Source: Camelus ferus (taxonomy: Eukaryota). Taken from it: a stretch of 64,000 bases of DNA. The notes under the pieces were generated by a model. The model was given only the letters and a program-made list of their open reading frames with translations. It made no database searches and was not told the origin of the DNA. The translations under genes were made by a program, and so were the position numbers. Within the stretch, counting starts at the first letter, position 1; each line of letters begins with the position of its first letter. The stretch lies in the NCBI RefSeq assembly GCF_009834535.1, contig NC_045697.1:39124001-39188000 (forward strand), in the 5' to 3' direction. Shown in pieces: positions 24,181 through 37,504 of this stretch.

Positions 24181-24999
24181 ATACTAGCTTTCTAATTTGA
24201 CTTGAAAGTTGTTAATTTCAACAAATTTCTGCCACATAAGTACATCATTATTTGTCTTTCTTATAGATATATACAAATGTACATCTTTATAACTCCTGTA
24301 ATTTGAGATTTTTAAAATATTTCATTTCAGAGAAAGAGGAAGAAAGGAGAGAAAATGACTAGGATAATCCTCACATAAGAATAATAGAGAAAAAGGCACA
24401 TCTATTTTCTACATTACTTCTAAATACTAATCATACAGTATTAAGTTTCATGGCTTAAAATATTTTTAAATTCTGATTGAATTTATAAAAATTTATTTAG
24501 CTGTGTACCCTTGTCCTACACTTGCTTTTATATTGTAGCAAGAATAAACTTTCTAATCAGAAAGATTGAATTTGGAGCATAATAAATCAGAATACAAAAT
24601 ATCCTCGAAATACTTTCCCTTGCTTTGGATACTGATTAGGAAACAGCCTATGCTTTTGAAATCCAAAGATCAATCTTACCTTTATTTTGTGCTTATTTAA
24701 GTTTCAAATTCTGTATTCAACGTAGAACTGTATTTTGATAGCAACCAAAAGCTCTCCGCTCCTCTGAAATTTTACTAGCCTCCTAAGAAGTAAAAATACC
24801 TTCAGTTTTTGTTGTCTTTGAAAGGTCTATAGCTTCCCAGGAATGCAGGCATTTTAAATTGGCCCAGCAGAGAGAGCCCAGCTAATTCTAGCAAGAAGGA
24901 AAAGTCCGAGGAGATTCAGGCAGCCAAAGCATCCCTGCCCAATAGGCATCCGAGGCATGAACACTGAACACGAGGAAGATGCAGCGTGAGGCTGCAGTG

Positions 25000-25402
25000 G
25001 ACACTCACCTCCCCTGCTCCCCTCTGATCCTCTTTCCCAGCATTCACCGTCTTCTGACTACAGTGCTGCTAACAGCTGAGCCTGTGACTTTCAGAGGCTC
25101 ACCCTTGTGTATTGGAGTTACCTTGCCCAGAAGTGCCTGGCAGGTTAGGTCCCCACATACACAGACTGCCAGGTCTACCTGTAGCCAATGGCTGATTCCT
25201 AGGTGGGAACAAAATCCCCACTCCTTTCCCCCAGATGAGACAGTCTCTGAAAGCTTATTCATACTCCAGAGCTACCTGTGGGGTCAGGCTGAGCCTGAAG
25301 ATACACCTGAAATCACACCATTGCTTGGCTGCTTCTCCTCCATCTGCTCACTTGTTTCTCCAGGCAGCCCTCCTTTCTAAATCACTTGCACCTGAATCCT
25401 TA
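25000..25402 (+). mobile_element. ERVL LTR16-like solo LTR
   Basis: tagccaatggctga...actccagagct.cctgtggggtcaggctgag...aaatcacttgcacctgaatcc. Confidence 0.7.
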
Positions 25403-25908
25403 ACTAAACGTTCCCTTGATGTTGTAGATCAAGGGCACTTGATCTACAACAGAGACAAAGCTCAGTATTCGAGTCACAGCCACAGCATTTTAGTTCAGGC
25501 AAGTAGGTATCCAAGTTAGAAAATAGATGCAGAAATAGGGGATTTGGGGTAGGTGACATTCAGATCAGGATCTGGGGCTGAAAGGCAGCTTCAGGGAATT
25601 CTAATGGCCACAATCAAAAAGGATTGCTATTCAGGGGCAGAACTCAGTTCTTTTGGAGGAGAATGGGACTTTCGCAAATTGTAAGAATGGCAAATGGGAA
25701 GAGGAACCAAAACAGAGGTTAGTTACAAAAAGTGTGGCAAACATTTTAATTTTTTCATGCCTTTTTTTTTTGTCCTTCCACCTGGAATACCTATTCCCAA
25801 TCTCCCCATATTGCCTTCTGTTGAATCTGAAAATTTGAATTAGTCTTTGAAAACACAGTCTTGATGTCTCCTCCTCTATAAAGCCTTTTCAGTGCCCATA
25901 ACACAGGC

Positions 25909-26050
25909 ATAATCACTCTTTCCTCTCTACCACCTCTATAATGGGTACATAACTGGGTGCAATTATCATCCAATATTATATAATCACTCTTTTCTCTCTG
26001 CCACCTCTATAATGGGTACATAGCTGGGTGCAATTATCATCCAATATTAT
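25909..26050. repeat. 71-bp tandem duplication (2 copies, 3 mismatches)
   Basis: ataatcactctt...caattatcatccaatattat at 25909-25979 and 25980-26050. Confidence 0.95.
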
Positions 26051-27229
26051 TGTTCATGTTTCATTTTTCTCCCTTTATAAATTGTGACAGCTGTCTTATT
26101 CATCATTTTATCCCTAGAACCTGTCATGATGTTGAAAGCACCTAACGTGAATTGACAGGAATAGCTCCTAGAACAATGAAGAATCCCAATTACATGACTG
26201 AGGAAAAAGCACAAAAATAGACGGGAGCTGCTCACATAGATCCCACCAAAGCTGGGCTGGTAAATCGGATCCAGGCAAGTAGTCGAGAAGTAAGAGGCAC
26301 ACCTGAGGGGTTGGGAAGGGCGGTAGCTATCATGGGGCAAAGAACCAGACTGGCTTGGAGAAGTATTTATTTCCGGGTTCATGCCTTTCATACTCTCAAA
26401 CTGGTGAATTACATAAATATCTTATTTTGTTTTCCTACACATGAAAGACCAAATTTCTTTACCTTACATTAAAAAAGTAACTATTAAGATCCTATCAAGT
26501 AAACAGTTACCTTTTTTTTTTCCTTCCCTCTTCTACAATCTGGTGTTATTATGATTGTTTAATGGTTGAAGAAATGAAGTTTAAATCCTATTTGCTACCC
26601 AGTTAAAGAATTTATTAAAGAAATTCATTCCAATTACTAGCTTAAATGATGATTTTAAATTACCTGTGCATTTTATTCAGTACTTTTCCCCTATAACTTT
26701 AGAAAATAGATGGCTGTTGATTTTGGGAATCCTATCAGTGTTTTGGTATCCTAATTCATACAATTATAGCCAGCTTATCAACTTACTGTAAAAAAATAAA
26801 CCCCATTGATTGCACTTAATCTATTCCCTGGTTCAACAAGTGTGGAAACAAAAATGATGGGAAAAAAAAAGACTTCAACAGCTAACTTTATGGCATAATT
26901 GTCAATTCAAACAACACACTTAGTTTTCCTTTTTATCACTGTCATGATTCCCCTTCTTAGCACTGCAACTTCTCAATGTCAAGTGGAGTAAAGATAAGTA
27001 TTATACAACACGTAAAGTGACTCTCACTGACTTCAGAATGGTTCATCTTGAAGTACTTGAAGACTGAAGTGCATTCTGAGAGAACAACCTTATCCAGTCT
27101 GTATTTTAACCCATGACCCACATTTCTTGCAGCCAAAAGGGGGTCCTGCTATCTTTCATCCTGAATAGGTTCCATCCTCTCTTTCATATTTGGAAAATGC
27201 CAGTGAACTGGAATCTTCCAACAGTGCTA

Positions 27230-27870
27230 GCTTCAGTTCACCCCTGAACTCTCACACCATGTCCAGATTTGTTGATCCTTCTCTCCTCAGTGTCCTAGTA
27301 TTTGGTCTTCCTCTCTTCCACCATGCTGAATTCATTAGTTCAGTATTTTATTGTCTAAATGTGGAGCTATTCCCATGGGCTTCTTACCAGATTTCTTACC
27401 TGTAGCCTACTCCTGATACAGCCACCAAACTTCTCTTCCTAAAACATGAATTATATCACGTTATACCCCCTGGGAAACTTTCAGTGCTTCCCGCTCACTT
27501 TTTGTCAGAGTAAGAGTGTTGCCACCTTCCCTGGTAATTCAAGATGTTACTTTCCCTGAGTGCTGCTCTCACAGTAGACCGCTTGCCGGCCAGTGGCAAG
27601 CATTGCCTTCTACCGTCTTTGGCTTTATTTACTCCCACAGCCTGTAATTCTCTTTCTCCCAATCAGACTTCCTATTCATCCCTCAATGCCCTTCTCAAAT
27701 GCCGTCTTCTCCATTAAATACTTTCCTTTGAGTTTTCTAATCAGAATTCACTACACATTTCATAGGCATCTTAAATTGTAAAGACTGTGTCTTAATCAAG
27801 TTTGTCTTGATTGTCCAATACTGAAAACAATATCTAGCCTATAAAGCATGTTCAATTAATGTTTCTTTAA
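27230..27870 (+). mobile_element. L2 fragments
   Basis: cagccacc..ttcctaaaacatgaatta.atcacgtta..ccc and tail atctagcc...tgttcaattaatgttt. Confidence 0.55.
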
Positions 27871-28225
27871 TTAAAGAATTTTCTGAATTTTCTGTCTTGG
27901 AATATTATAAGATCCAGCTCAGTCTCAGAGTGACAGCCTATAAATCTAAACTTTAAACTACTACTAGAATCACTTAGGTAAGACTTAAGTGAGCTTGTCC
28001 TTCTAATTACTAAAATGTTTCAATGACCCTCTGTCATTCATTCAAGCAGTTCGATAAATATTCTTGGAGGACCTAGTATACAATAGGCACTGGGAATAAA
28101 AGTGTAAGCACAACAGACATCCTCCAGGTCTTCATGGAGATGAATCTAGAGCAAGATCTAGTTAAATCACACCCACTTGCACACACAAAGGACAAATGAT
28201 CCTAACCGCTTAGAAGAAAGTGCAA

Positions 28226-28410
28226 AGTAAACAACAAGGTTCTACTGTATAGCACAGGGAACTATATTCAATATCTTGCAATAACCTATAATAAAAAAGA
28301 ATATGGAAAGAAATACATGGATATGTATAACCGAATCACTATGCTATACACCAGAAATTAACACAACATTGTAAACCGACTATTCTTCGATTAAAAAAAA
28401 TTTTTTTTAA
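28226..28410 (+). mobile_element. Short L1 3' end, inserted in an L2 tail
   Basis: aaacaacaaggttctactgtatagcacagggaactatattcaatatcttg...cattgtaaaccgacta. TSD agaagaaagtgcaa (28212-28225) / agaaggaagtgcaa (28411-28424). Confidence 0.9.
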
Positions 28411-29064
28411 AGAAGGAAGTGCAAGATGTATGAAAGAGAACAACAAGAAATCTGGACCTATCTTATTTGCCTTTCAGTCTCCAAAGTCTGAAAAATTATC
28501 ACGGTTACCACCAAAGCTTATTACAAGTATATTGAACCAAATAGGATTTTCTGTGCTTTACTGTTACGTAACATCAAACAAATGTCAGGGAAACTGTCAA
28601 GAGGCCTATTCATCTTACTCAGTTTATCTTTTTAGTTCATTAGAGGTGAAAAGTTTTCAACACTGCTCATACAGATATGGGTAAATACATCATCTATGCA
28701 AAAAGTCCTTATGCTTTTACATGAATCCCAAATTTAAATTTAAATATAGTGGAAAATGGTGGAAATGTGGAAAATGTAGAAACAGGTAGAACAGAGATAA
28801 ATGACAAGAAGCTAGAAACAGAATAATAAAAATGAGCAGGGAGAAATATAAATAAAATTATAAAGAGAAGAGGAAACTTGGAGTGGACATCTAGGGAAGT
28901 TTCTTCTACACATCTCTATGCACATTAAAATCTTTACCCAGTAGCTGGCTTTCTTTCTTATTCCTCTGTCAACACTAAAGAGCTAAATTGAATTTCATGT
29001 TATGAAATTGTTAAAACAGACATGATTTTTTTATAGCTACAGATACCATACCCATGTCTTTGCT

Positions 29065-29275
29065 TTTTCCTTTAAAAGATCAGATACATATTTGTGTCTT
29101 ACCAAAATTTTTTGTGGGCCATATAATCACTATTGGAACTACTCACGTCCACTGTGTAGTGTGAAAGGAGCCACGAACAATACATAAACAGACGGGGTGT
29201 CTGTGTTCTAATAAAACTTCCTTTACAAAAACAAACATCCACTCTATGAGCTGTAATTCACTAACCCCCATCTTA
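29065..29275 (+). mobile_element. MER58A-like hAT-Charlie element
   Basis: gtgggccata...aactactca...tgtagtgtgaaag.agcca...tgtgttctaataaaactt..tttacaaaaaca. Confidence 0.75.
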
Positions 29276-30047
29276 GAGGAAAATATACTGTTTGAACACC
29301 CACACACGTCTATGCAAAGTGCCATGTGTATGTTTGGGTTATATAACGTGTCATTCACATGAAGAAAGGTATATGTTATTCTAGGGTTCAGTCTTCATTA
29401 AACTATTTATACAATATGAAATATATTTTAAATATATTGTAATCTTCATCTTCCCCTTTTTATGAGCCAGTATCCAATTCATATATGTATATTAATCTTT
29501 GTTTTTTATGATACTCCATTTTTGATAATCAATGATTCTTTTTATAATTATTTTTTGGAAGAATCCTGCTTTAATGCAAATAGCAAGTTTGAGATATTTG
29601 TGTGTGTATGTGTACTACCTAAGCTAATCACTGTTCCCCCACTGTAGTATAACCCTGTAACTTTAACTATGAATGTTAGTCTGTAGAAACAGGTCCAGCC
29701 ACCTAATCCTTCAAATTTACTATCTTCATCATTGAGAGTTATGCCCTATAGATAGGCCAATAGCTCTTTTTTCCTGTAGGAATGTACCACTGGGTAGTTA
29801 ACTGATGCCCCCTTTCTAGGAGACAATGCAGACATTTCCAGGAGAGTTACTCTAATAGAAAATGTTTTTATGCCTTTTTTTTTCCAGGTAGAAGAGGAAA
29901 CACACACTTAATTGAAGAAAGGCAACGGCCGGCCCATTATCTTAGGCTCCAGCAGTTTTCCTGATTGAGAGTACAATCAGAACTCAGCAGATGATCCTTT
30001 TCCTTTCTTCTTATCAGCTCAGTATGCAGTTTCCACGACTTAGTTAC

Positions 30048-30154
30048 CTTGGCCCTGTCACCGGGGTACATGGCAAGACCAGAGGCCAAGCAAAGATACT
30101 TTAAAGACAATAATGATGACTGGATATTTACAGAATGAAAGTCAAAATTGTGCA
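30048..30154 (-). other. Candidate spliced exon (107 nt) of an unidentified minus-strand transcript
   Basis: Acceptor ctccctctctcttttctgcag| and donor aag|gtaact in non-repetitive DNA. Contains gccATG (30071) encoding MYPGDRAK in phase 0. Confidence 0.4.
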
Positions 30155-30775
30155 CTGCAGAAAAGAGAGAGGGAGTTTACAGAAAGAGGCCCATAGCCAA
30201 ATTAATTCCTTCTAAAACTGAGGTTTGTGTTACCTGGTCATTAAGTCTGAGCTCAAAGAACTGAAGCTGACAGCTAAATTATAGGCAAAAGTCACTGTAA
30301 GGTACTGATCTCATAGCCTTTTCGCACCAATCTATGTATGGGGCTATTTTCTGTGTTTGATGTGTTAATCTGATCCTGCCAGCTCTACCCAGGTAGAACT
30401 CCAGATGAAGCCTGAGAAATCAATGGAGGAATTGTACACAGACAGGATTCAGGAAGGTAGAAAAGCAGGGTGGGGCTTAGGGCCCCTGGAAAGACAGCAG
30501 GCTTGAATTGGGCCTTTGATATTATATCCATTAAGTCTGACTAGCATGACTGCCAACAACATTCTGGTCCTGGATTTGTAGATTGAGCTATGTCCCCTCT
30601 AACCACAAAGTGAGGGAACACAGGCAGCTTTTTCTTCAGTTATAGCAAATAACTGGTTGATCAAGTTAAATATTTATAGAAACACAAGAGAAGAGCATGG
30701 CCCAGCAATCTCTAAGTTTAGCAGTCTTACTAAATGAATTACCTTTATTTCAGTTTTCTCATTTCTGCTAGCATC

Positions 30776-30936
30776 CTTAGCAAGATTTAGCAATGCCAGC
30801 TAAATTTGAATTTCAGTTAAATAATGAATAGTGCTGTGGAAGTATACCCTCTGCAACAGTTGGGACATATATTCTTTTTTTTTTTGTCTGAAATTCAAAT
30901 TTAATTGGGCATCTTGCATTTCATCTGGCAGCTCTA
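30776..30936. mobile_element. MER53-like palindromic hAT MITE
   Basis: agatttagcaa..cagctaaatttgaatttcag ... ctgaaattcaaatttaattgggcatc..atctggca. Confidence 0.8.
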
Positions 30937-31437
30937 ATTCTTAGTAAAGCATGGAAGATGGAACGGGGTGACGCTTCATGTGGGAATATTCATCACTGGA
31001 TGGATAAATTGGCACTGAGGTTTTCCATGCTATGGTTCATTATAGACCAAATGAGATCAGTCTATTGTTTCTTATATAGACACACATAATTAATTCAGAA
31101 TAATTGGGGAAGGCCAGTCTGAAATAGTAAAATATTTTAAAGTAAATGATACAGTTTAAGGAAAGGAATCTTACAGACTCCAGTCAATTGACAGGCACTC
31201 AAAAATATATATTAAAAGAATTATGTGAGATAAATTGTCCATTACTGTATAGTTGGCTTGGTTATTTAATTAATTCCAATTGAAGCTAATAAAGTAGTAA
31301 GTTTATTCCCTTGAATAAAACAGGTAATTGTCATGTAAAGCCACTTGAGATGGAAAGCAAAATAGAAAGTAGGAAATAATAAAAGATTATTAGACAAAGA
31401 TTAAAGGGAAAATCTCTCCTCTTGAAATTAATACAAG

Positions 31438-31690
31438 ATAATAACAACACTATTGAACACTTACTATTTTTCATATATTTGGGTTGCACATTTTGCCAGG
31501 CACTTTATATACATCAGCTCATTTTGTCTTTTAATCCTCACAATAACCTTATGCTATAGATACTCCTTCGGTCTCTGTTTTATAGATAAGGAAATCGGGG
31601 CTTAAGACTGATTAAGAAAAGTTACACAGAGGCAGGCCCTAGTCCTTAATCCAGATTTTCATAAAATTCCACACTCGGAGCCATTAAGTA
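31438..31690 (-). mobile_element. MIR
   Basis: tttaatcctcacaataacctta...ttttatagataaggaaatcggggctt. Confidence 0.75.
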
Positions 31691-32967
31691 ATATCAACCC
31701 CAACAAGTAAAAGACCAATTTGATGTAAACTTGACAATAGGACATAGGTTAGAATAAAATAAGAAGTAACTAAGGTTGAAAGACTCAGAAATCAGGACAC
31801 ACAAGCATAGAAAATATAAATGAAGAGGACAAATTAAGAACCTGTCAGTCTATTTTCCAATGTAACTGGAGATTACTTATGACCATAAGGTGGCTAGAAT
31901 CTTGTGCTAGAGAAGTGAACGATGTTACTGTGCAGTTTAAGAAAGCTCCCAAAGTGAATCAGAAATACCCTACTGGTGGAGAACGACTGCTTTGGACAGA
32001 TGCACTTTACTAATACATACAAGTGATTCATTAGGCTGCCATATGTTGGGAATATTGATTGAGACATAGGGTTGAATGTGACAGGAATGGCACTTTTGTC
32101 ATTAATTATCACTATGGAAAATGGCTTCCATTTGGGGTGGCTACCAAGGACTCATTGGGCATGGATAGAGCACATGTTAGGAAAACATCCTTTTGTGAAA
32201 ATAGAATACATTATTAAAGTTGCTGATGGCTTAATCAGCTATACAGTGTCAGGAGGAAATAAAAATTTGAGTATCCAAAAAGATCAACACAGGAAAGAAA
32301 TAAACATCTAAATGTAATAGTATACCTTTTATAAAGTGCTTACTTGCTTTGAAATTAAAACTTTAATGCCTTGCATGAGTTTTCTCTCCCAAGATTTAGA
32401 AGTCACAAAATAGTACCATTCCCGTTCCCTTCCTGGGTTCAAAACCACCTGAGACAAAGGCACAGAGCTCAGATAGTATGGTATGTTTTATTATAATAAA
32501 TTTCTGATTGGAAGGCATGACTTGTCTTAGATTTATGGCCACAACAGGCCTCCTCTACTTCACCCTTGAATTAGACAAATGTTCCAGCCAGTAACAAGCA
32601 GTTCTGGGCAATCATAGGCCTGATCTTGCAGGTTTATAACATGGAGAAGTAGAAAATTAATACTTCTGGCAGGCAAGTTGCAACCCAAAGTGAAAGAGGA
32701 CACATATAAAATGGCACATTCTAAGCAGTTTTTTCAAACTCAATAAACAAACAACTTCTCTTTCCCAGGAACAGTGATGAGGGGCTGGGAAGAGGCCAGG
32801 AATGTCACTGGAGCTGAAAAGAAATGGAGATTCTCCCAAAACATGGACCTTTCTCCATCCTATTCAAGCTGAAGCCTCAGTTGATGAAGTCATTCAGCAA
32901 CTTTAGAGAGTCAAAGCAACTAGAACCTTTGGAATCAAGATTTGATACTATTTGAATTTTGCAGTAA

Positions 32968-33140
32968 AAATAACTATAGCAGGAACACTTACTTAATGCT
33001 TATCATATGGCAGGCCCTATTCTAAACCCTTTACAGATATCATTTCATTTAATCCTTCCAATTATCCTATGAGGGAGATTCTATTATGGTCCACATTTTA
33101 CAGTTTGGGAAACTGAGGCACAGAACAGTTAAGAATAATC
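32968..33140 (-). mobile_element. MIR
   Basis: tcatttaatcct...cattttacagtttgggaaactgaggcacaga. Confidence 0.8.
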
Positions 33141-35039
33141 CTCCATATTTTGGCCAGTGGTCCTTCTACTGTAAGTCCCCTTGCCTTCCACCTGTGCGGG
33201 ATCAGAGACCCAGGAAATTTTGGCACAATTTTCTGCATTTGTTCTTTAGACAATAGGCCTTCGTTTGGTCTCTGTCCTCAAATGCTGCATCCTACATGGG
33301 ATTCGATAAGCCTTAGGCTTTTTCTAAACCAGGCAGTTTCCTTCCCTGGTCTTTGTATCCACCTTCATTCACAGAGATGCTCCAACTGTTAAAATTTCCC
33401 TCAACAGAGGGGCTGTGTATCTGCCTTCTTTCTAATCTTTCTGAATTTGCCAGTCTAACTTTTCTAGATTTCTTATCCACAAGCATTTGCTCAAGTCGTC
33501 TGCAGATCTCTCAGGCAAAACAGGATGCTCCAGCAGCCCAGCAGGGAATGTGAAATGAGCTCTTCTCTGTCTCCTCCATGTGGCACCAATCCCACCGTGT
33601 TTAAAATTAGGGCCCACTTACCCTTTCACTGGATTTCAGTCTCTAAATATACACATTTAAAAATCTAAATGTACTTGCTTCTTGAATTTTTTTTTCTGTC
33701 TGTCCCACCTTGATTTGTTTAAGTCTGTTATTTGAACTTGGTTTGCTATCTGCTGTCCCTTCTCTATTAAGAAATTCCTGATGCCAACTTTGGTCTTTAG
33801 TTCTTCCTTCTCAGTCTGGCTCATACTTGTCTGCAGACTGGTAACCCAGTCTTTCCCTGCGATCCTCAAACTACTAGCAGGCATGGCCAGCATTTTAAAA
33901 TGTAGAATATAATTAAATGGAATCATGTTTAAGAGAATACAATGCTCATGATAATTATGAGTATTTTTGTGACTTTTTTCTTCAGATATGTGACAGTGTG
34001 TGTGTACATGTGTATATTAGAGACCACAAGGTCAGTGCTGGGTGAGAAGTAGGCTGGCCCAAGGAGGCTGTATTCAGGCAGAAAAGCATGACTATATGCT
34101 GGGGGAACAGAAGGAGGTCCAAGGCAAGATTGTTTTTCCCCATCAGAAGGAAATGGATAGCAGTGATGACACACACACACTCCAAACTAGAGCTGAGGGA
34201 CAAAGCTTTTAAAATGTAAAGATATCAGATCACAGAAGAAGGACTGAGTTCCAATGACCTCTAACTTAGTGTAAAATGATTTAGGTCATATATTAGAAGG
34301 ATTGAGTCTAAGTAGGGCATTTTGAAAAAGTCTGGGACAGCTAACTTCCAAACTATGTGCAATTTAAGAAGGCTGAAATGTTAAAAGTCTTGCTGAATAA
34401 CATGAACCTTGACTTGAAATAAGCACAGAATGACTTCATGTAGCTATGATGTCCCTCATCAGCACTGGGGACCACAGGAAAAGAACTGAGAGAGTGGTAG
34501 CTCAAGATTGGCCACAAGAGGACGTGGCCAAAAAAGGCTAGGGTGTAGGTGAGGGAGTTCAGCATGTGGGATGACAACTACTGTTATGCTGGGCAGAAAA
34601 GCACTGGAAAAGCTGATCGCCAGGGGCAGGCTGTGTATCTGTCCACAATGAGAAGAAGGAGAGGATTCTAGGAAGGTAATCTGCATCACTTATTGGGTGA
34701 AATATTTATTACATATATAATAGGATGCCTGAGGCAAGTAAGTCAGATAGAAGTTTGGGTATCCTTACTTAAATTTCCTGGCTCTGGTCTTCCCTAAATA
34801 AATTGGCTATTGCATAGCAACTTAGGTGATGGAGGAAAATAGGAAATCAGAAGTGGGAGGTAATTCTGAAACAGATTCCTCTCCCTCCATTCTACAGTAG
34901 TTCTTGAATCTTCTTTCTGCTTTCTTCTATTTTACAATAGACTTAATTGGTTAATAAGTCTTTTTAAATTATTCAAGTGGCATTGATTAAATATTGAAAA
35001 TCATCTTGAAATGAAAAAAATCTGCTCATTCACTATTGT

Positions 35040-35666
35040 TCACTGTTGCCAGTTATCTACCACGGTGTTAAAAAATGCCAACAGTTAGTGACTTAAACTG
35101 ATGAATTTTGTTCCCAAATATGCAGTTTATGGGGGGGGTGTGGCATCTTGACCCTGCTCTACTCAGCTCCAACTGGGGTGGCTCCAAGGCTGGGGTCTGG
35201 AATCATCTAAAGATTCATTCACACCCATGTCTGTCACTTGGCACTAGCTGTTGACTGGGACCTGAGCTGGGATTGCCTACCAGGACCTCTGCACAGGGCC
35301 TCTCCATGTGGCCCGGGCTTCCTGACAATATGGTGGTTGGATTTTTAGGGCAAGCATTCCAAAAGAGAGGCAGCCAGATGGAAGCTGTATCACTTTTCAT
35401 AACTGACCTTCAGAAGCATCACTTCCACGCATTGCAATCATTTGGGCAGTCACAAAGTTCCACCCAAGTTCAAGGGAGAAGAGAAACAGACACGCTAAAG
35501 TCACTTGTACACATTCTTTTCATCTAGGCAGTCACAAAGGTCTGCCAGGTTTCAAAGGGAAGAGAAGTAGATAGATTCTTCCTCTTGATGGGGAAATGGC
35601 AAAGGGCAAACAGCTGATCCTGAGAATACTTGCTTTGGCCATTTTTGGAAAATACAGTTTGCCACA
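35040..35666 (-). mobile_element. MaLR LTR (MLT1F-like) with an internal ~85-bp duplication
   Basis: ggcctctccatgtggcccgggcttcct...ccatttttggaaaatacagtttgccaca. ggcagtcacaaag..tcaa.ggga occurs twice. Confidence 0.75.
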
Positions 35667-36732
35667 CTTAGTAAACTTCTTTTCAAAAATAAAAAAGTAT
35701 GAAAAGTAAAATCCAATTTCATTTAGTTACAGAAAAGAAAGTCTAAAAGCTTTCTCAAATGGAAGCAGTGAGATAGGTATTGTTACCTTTCTTCTGCAAA
35801 CCACAGATTTCCTGAGGTTTTGCGTCAATGGGAATTTTATCCTAGCAGTCAAAGGCATGATTTGACCCTAGGTTTTTCTATGGGTGCGTCTTAGAGCAGA
35901 ATCTGAGGGTATAAGTAAAATGCTCTTCTGCTGGAAGCTTATTTTAGACATAAGTAACGAATGAATCACTAAATAGCTTATGGCTATGTTTTTATTGATT
36001 TATGACTCATCAGGTGCTCCAATCTCTCAGGCAAAAATAGTGTCTTTCCATGTAGGTGATTTGCTTTATCAGACCTCGTGGGGGGAAAGAATTCTCTGCT
36101 TTATGTTTTACCCTGCTCTTGAGAAGTGACTAAGATGCTCACTTTGGAAGATGCATTAACTTTTCAAGCTATATAAATTCCATTTATGAAATTATGTCTC
36201 CTTGGGCATGATTATCTGAAAGGGTTAATGCTCTCTCTCAGCATACGAGTTTACTTCTAAGACCCAGGCCTCCCAGTACACACAGGGTACCACAAAAGGG
36301 AGATCAGGGATCTGTTCTGGGAAGTTGTGCTCAGGATCAGGAAATGAGTCAGGTGACCGCCAAAGTGCCTGAGCATCTTTGTCCACTGTCAGAAGCAGAG
36401 GATGACTCCCTATATCTCAAGGCCTTACACTTTTATTCACATCACTTTTTCCCTGCTGAGAGAACCCTACTTCCAACTCAACCATCATCAATTCCAGGAA
36501 GCCACGGAAAGCCTCTCTACACTTTGCCAACATTATAATTACTATTCGTCTATCAGAAGGAGCTCAGCATCAGATTCAACTACTTATTTATTAATTCCAT
36601 ATAGTACTTTCTATATTGTCTCTTCTTTAGCACTTAACACAGTATGTTAAATTATTCTTTATTTTCCTTTCCCATTGGAGACATCAATAATCTTTCTTCT
36701 TCTGGTACCCAAAATAAGCCCTGCCAGATAGA

Positions 36733-36925
36733 CGTGGCTTTCCAACATTGAATTCACGTTAGACTCCCCAAGGAACTTTTTGAAAATACCAATCCCCGAA
36801 ACTCACCCCATACAAATTAAGTCACAATTGCAGAGCAGGGGAGAAAGCCAGGCATTGGGGCATTGGGATTTTTAAAAAAGCTTTCCGGGATTATCCAGTG
36901 GTCAGTCGAAATAGAGAACCACCAA
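36733..36925. mobile_element. MER5-like hAT-Charlie element
   Basis: gtggctttccaac...ttagactcccc..ggaac...tttttaaaaaagctttcc...gagaaccac. Confidence 0.6.
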
Positions 36926-37326
36926 CATAGAGGATACCCAGCGGTGTTTTCCTGAATGAGGTTTGTCCACTGAGCACTAAGTTCTCATTACAGATCCTTG
37001 AAGTATCCGCATTCTACAAAATGTAAGAATCCTAGCTGATACGCTCAATAAGTAACTTTCCTTTTCCCCCAGCTAGAATAAAGCAGGAACTTCACAGGCA
37101 AATGTATTTCAAGCCATTTTACACAAAGGGTTTTACACAAAAATCATTTCTTTCCTAGAGTACAAACTTTAGGTAACAATTTAACCTGATGCGGAAAAAG
37201 AAATTAAAGGCTCTTCAAATGTTATCATGGCCAACATGTGGTTAATCATAAAATAGAATAATCTAGGCCATGGCTTTCAAATTGTGTTCAGGGGAAATGT
37301 TTAAAACAAATCCCATGATTTGTATA

Positions 37327-37504
37327 CAGTTGACCCTTGAACAACTCAAGATGAAACTGTGCGGGTCCACTTACATGAGGATATTTTTCAATAGTAAGCA
37401 CTACAATACTACAAGGTTCAGGGTTGGTTGAATCTGCGGATGTGGAGCGAACCACAGAGGTCAGCTATAAATTAACCCCCCTACATTGTTCAAGGGTCAA
37501 CTTG
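37327..37504 (+). mobile_element. Tigger2/MER8-like TcMar MITE
   Basis: Terminal inverted repeats cagttgacccttgaacaa / ttgttcaagggtcaact with TA flanks. Confidence 0.9.
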
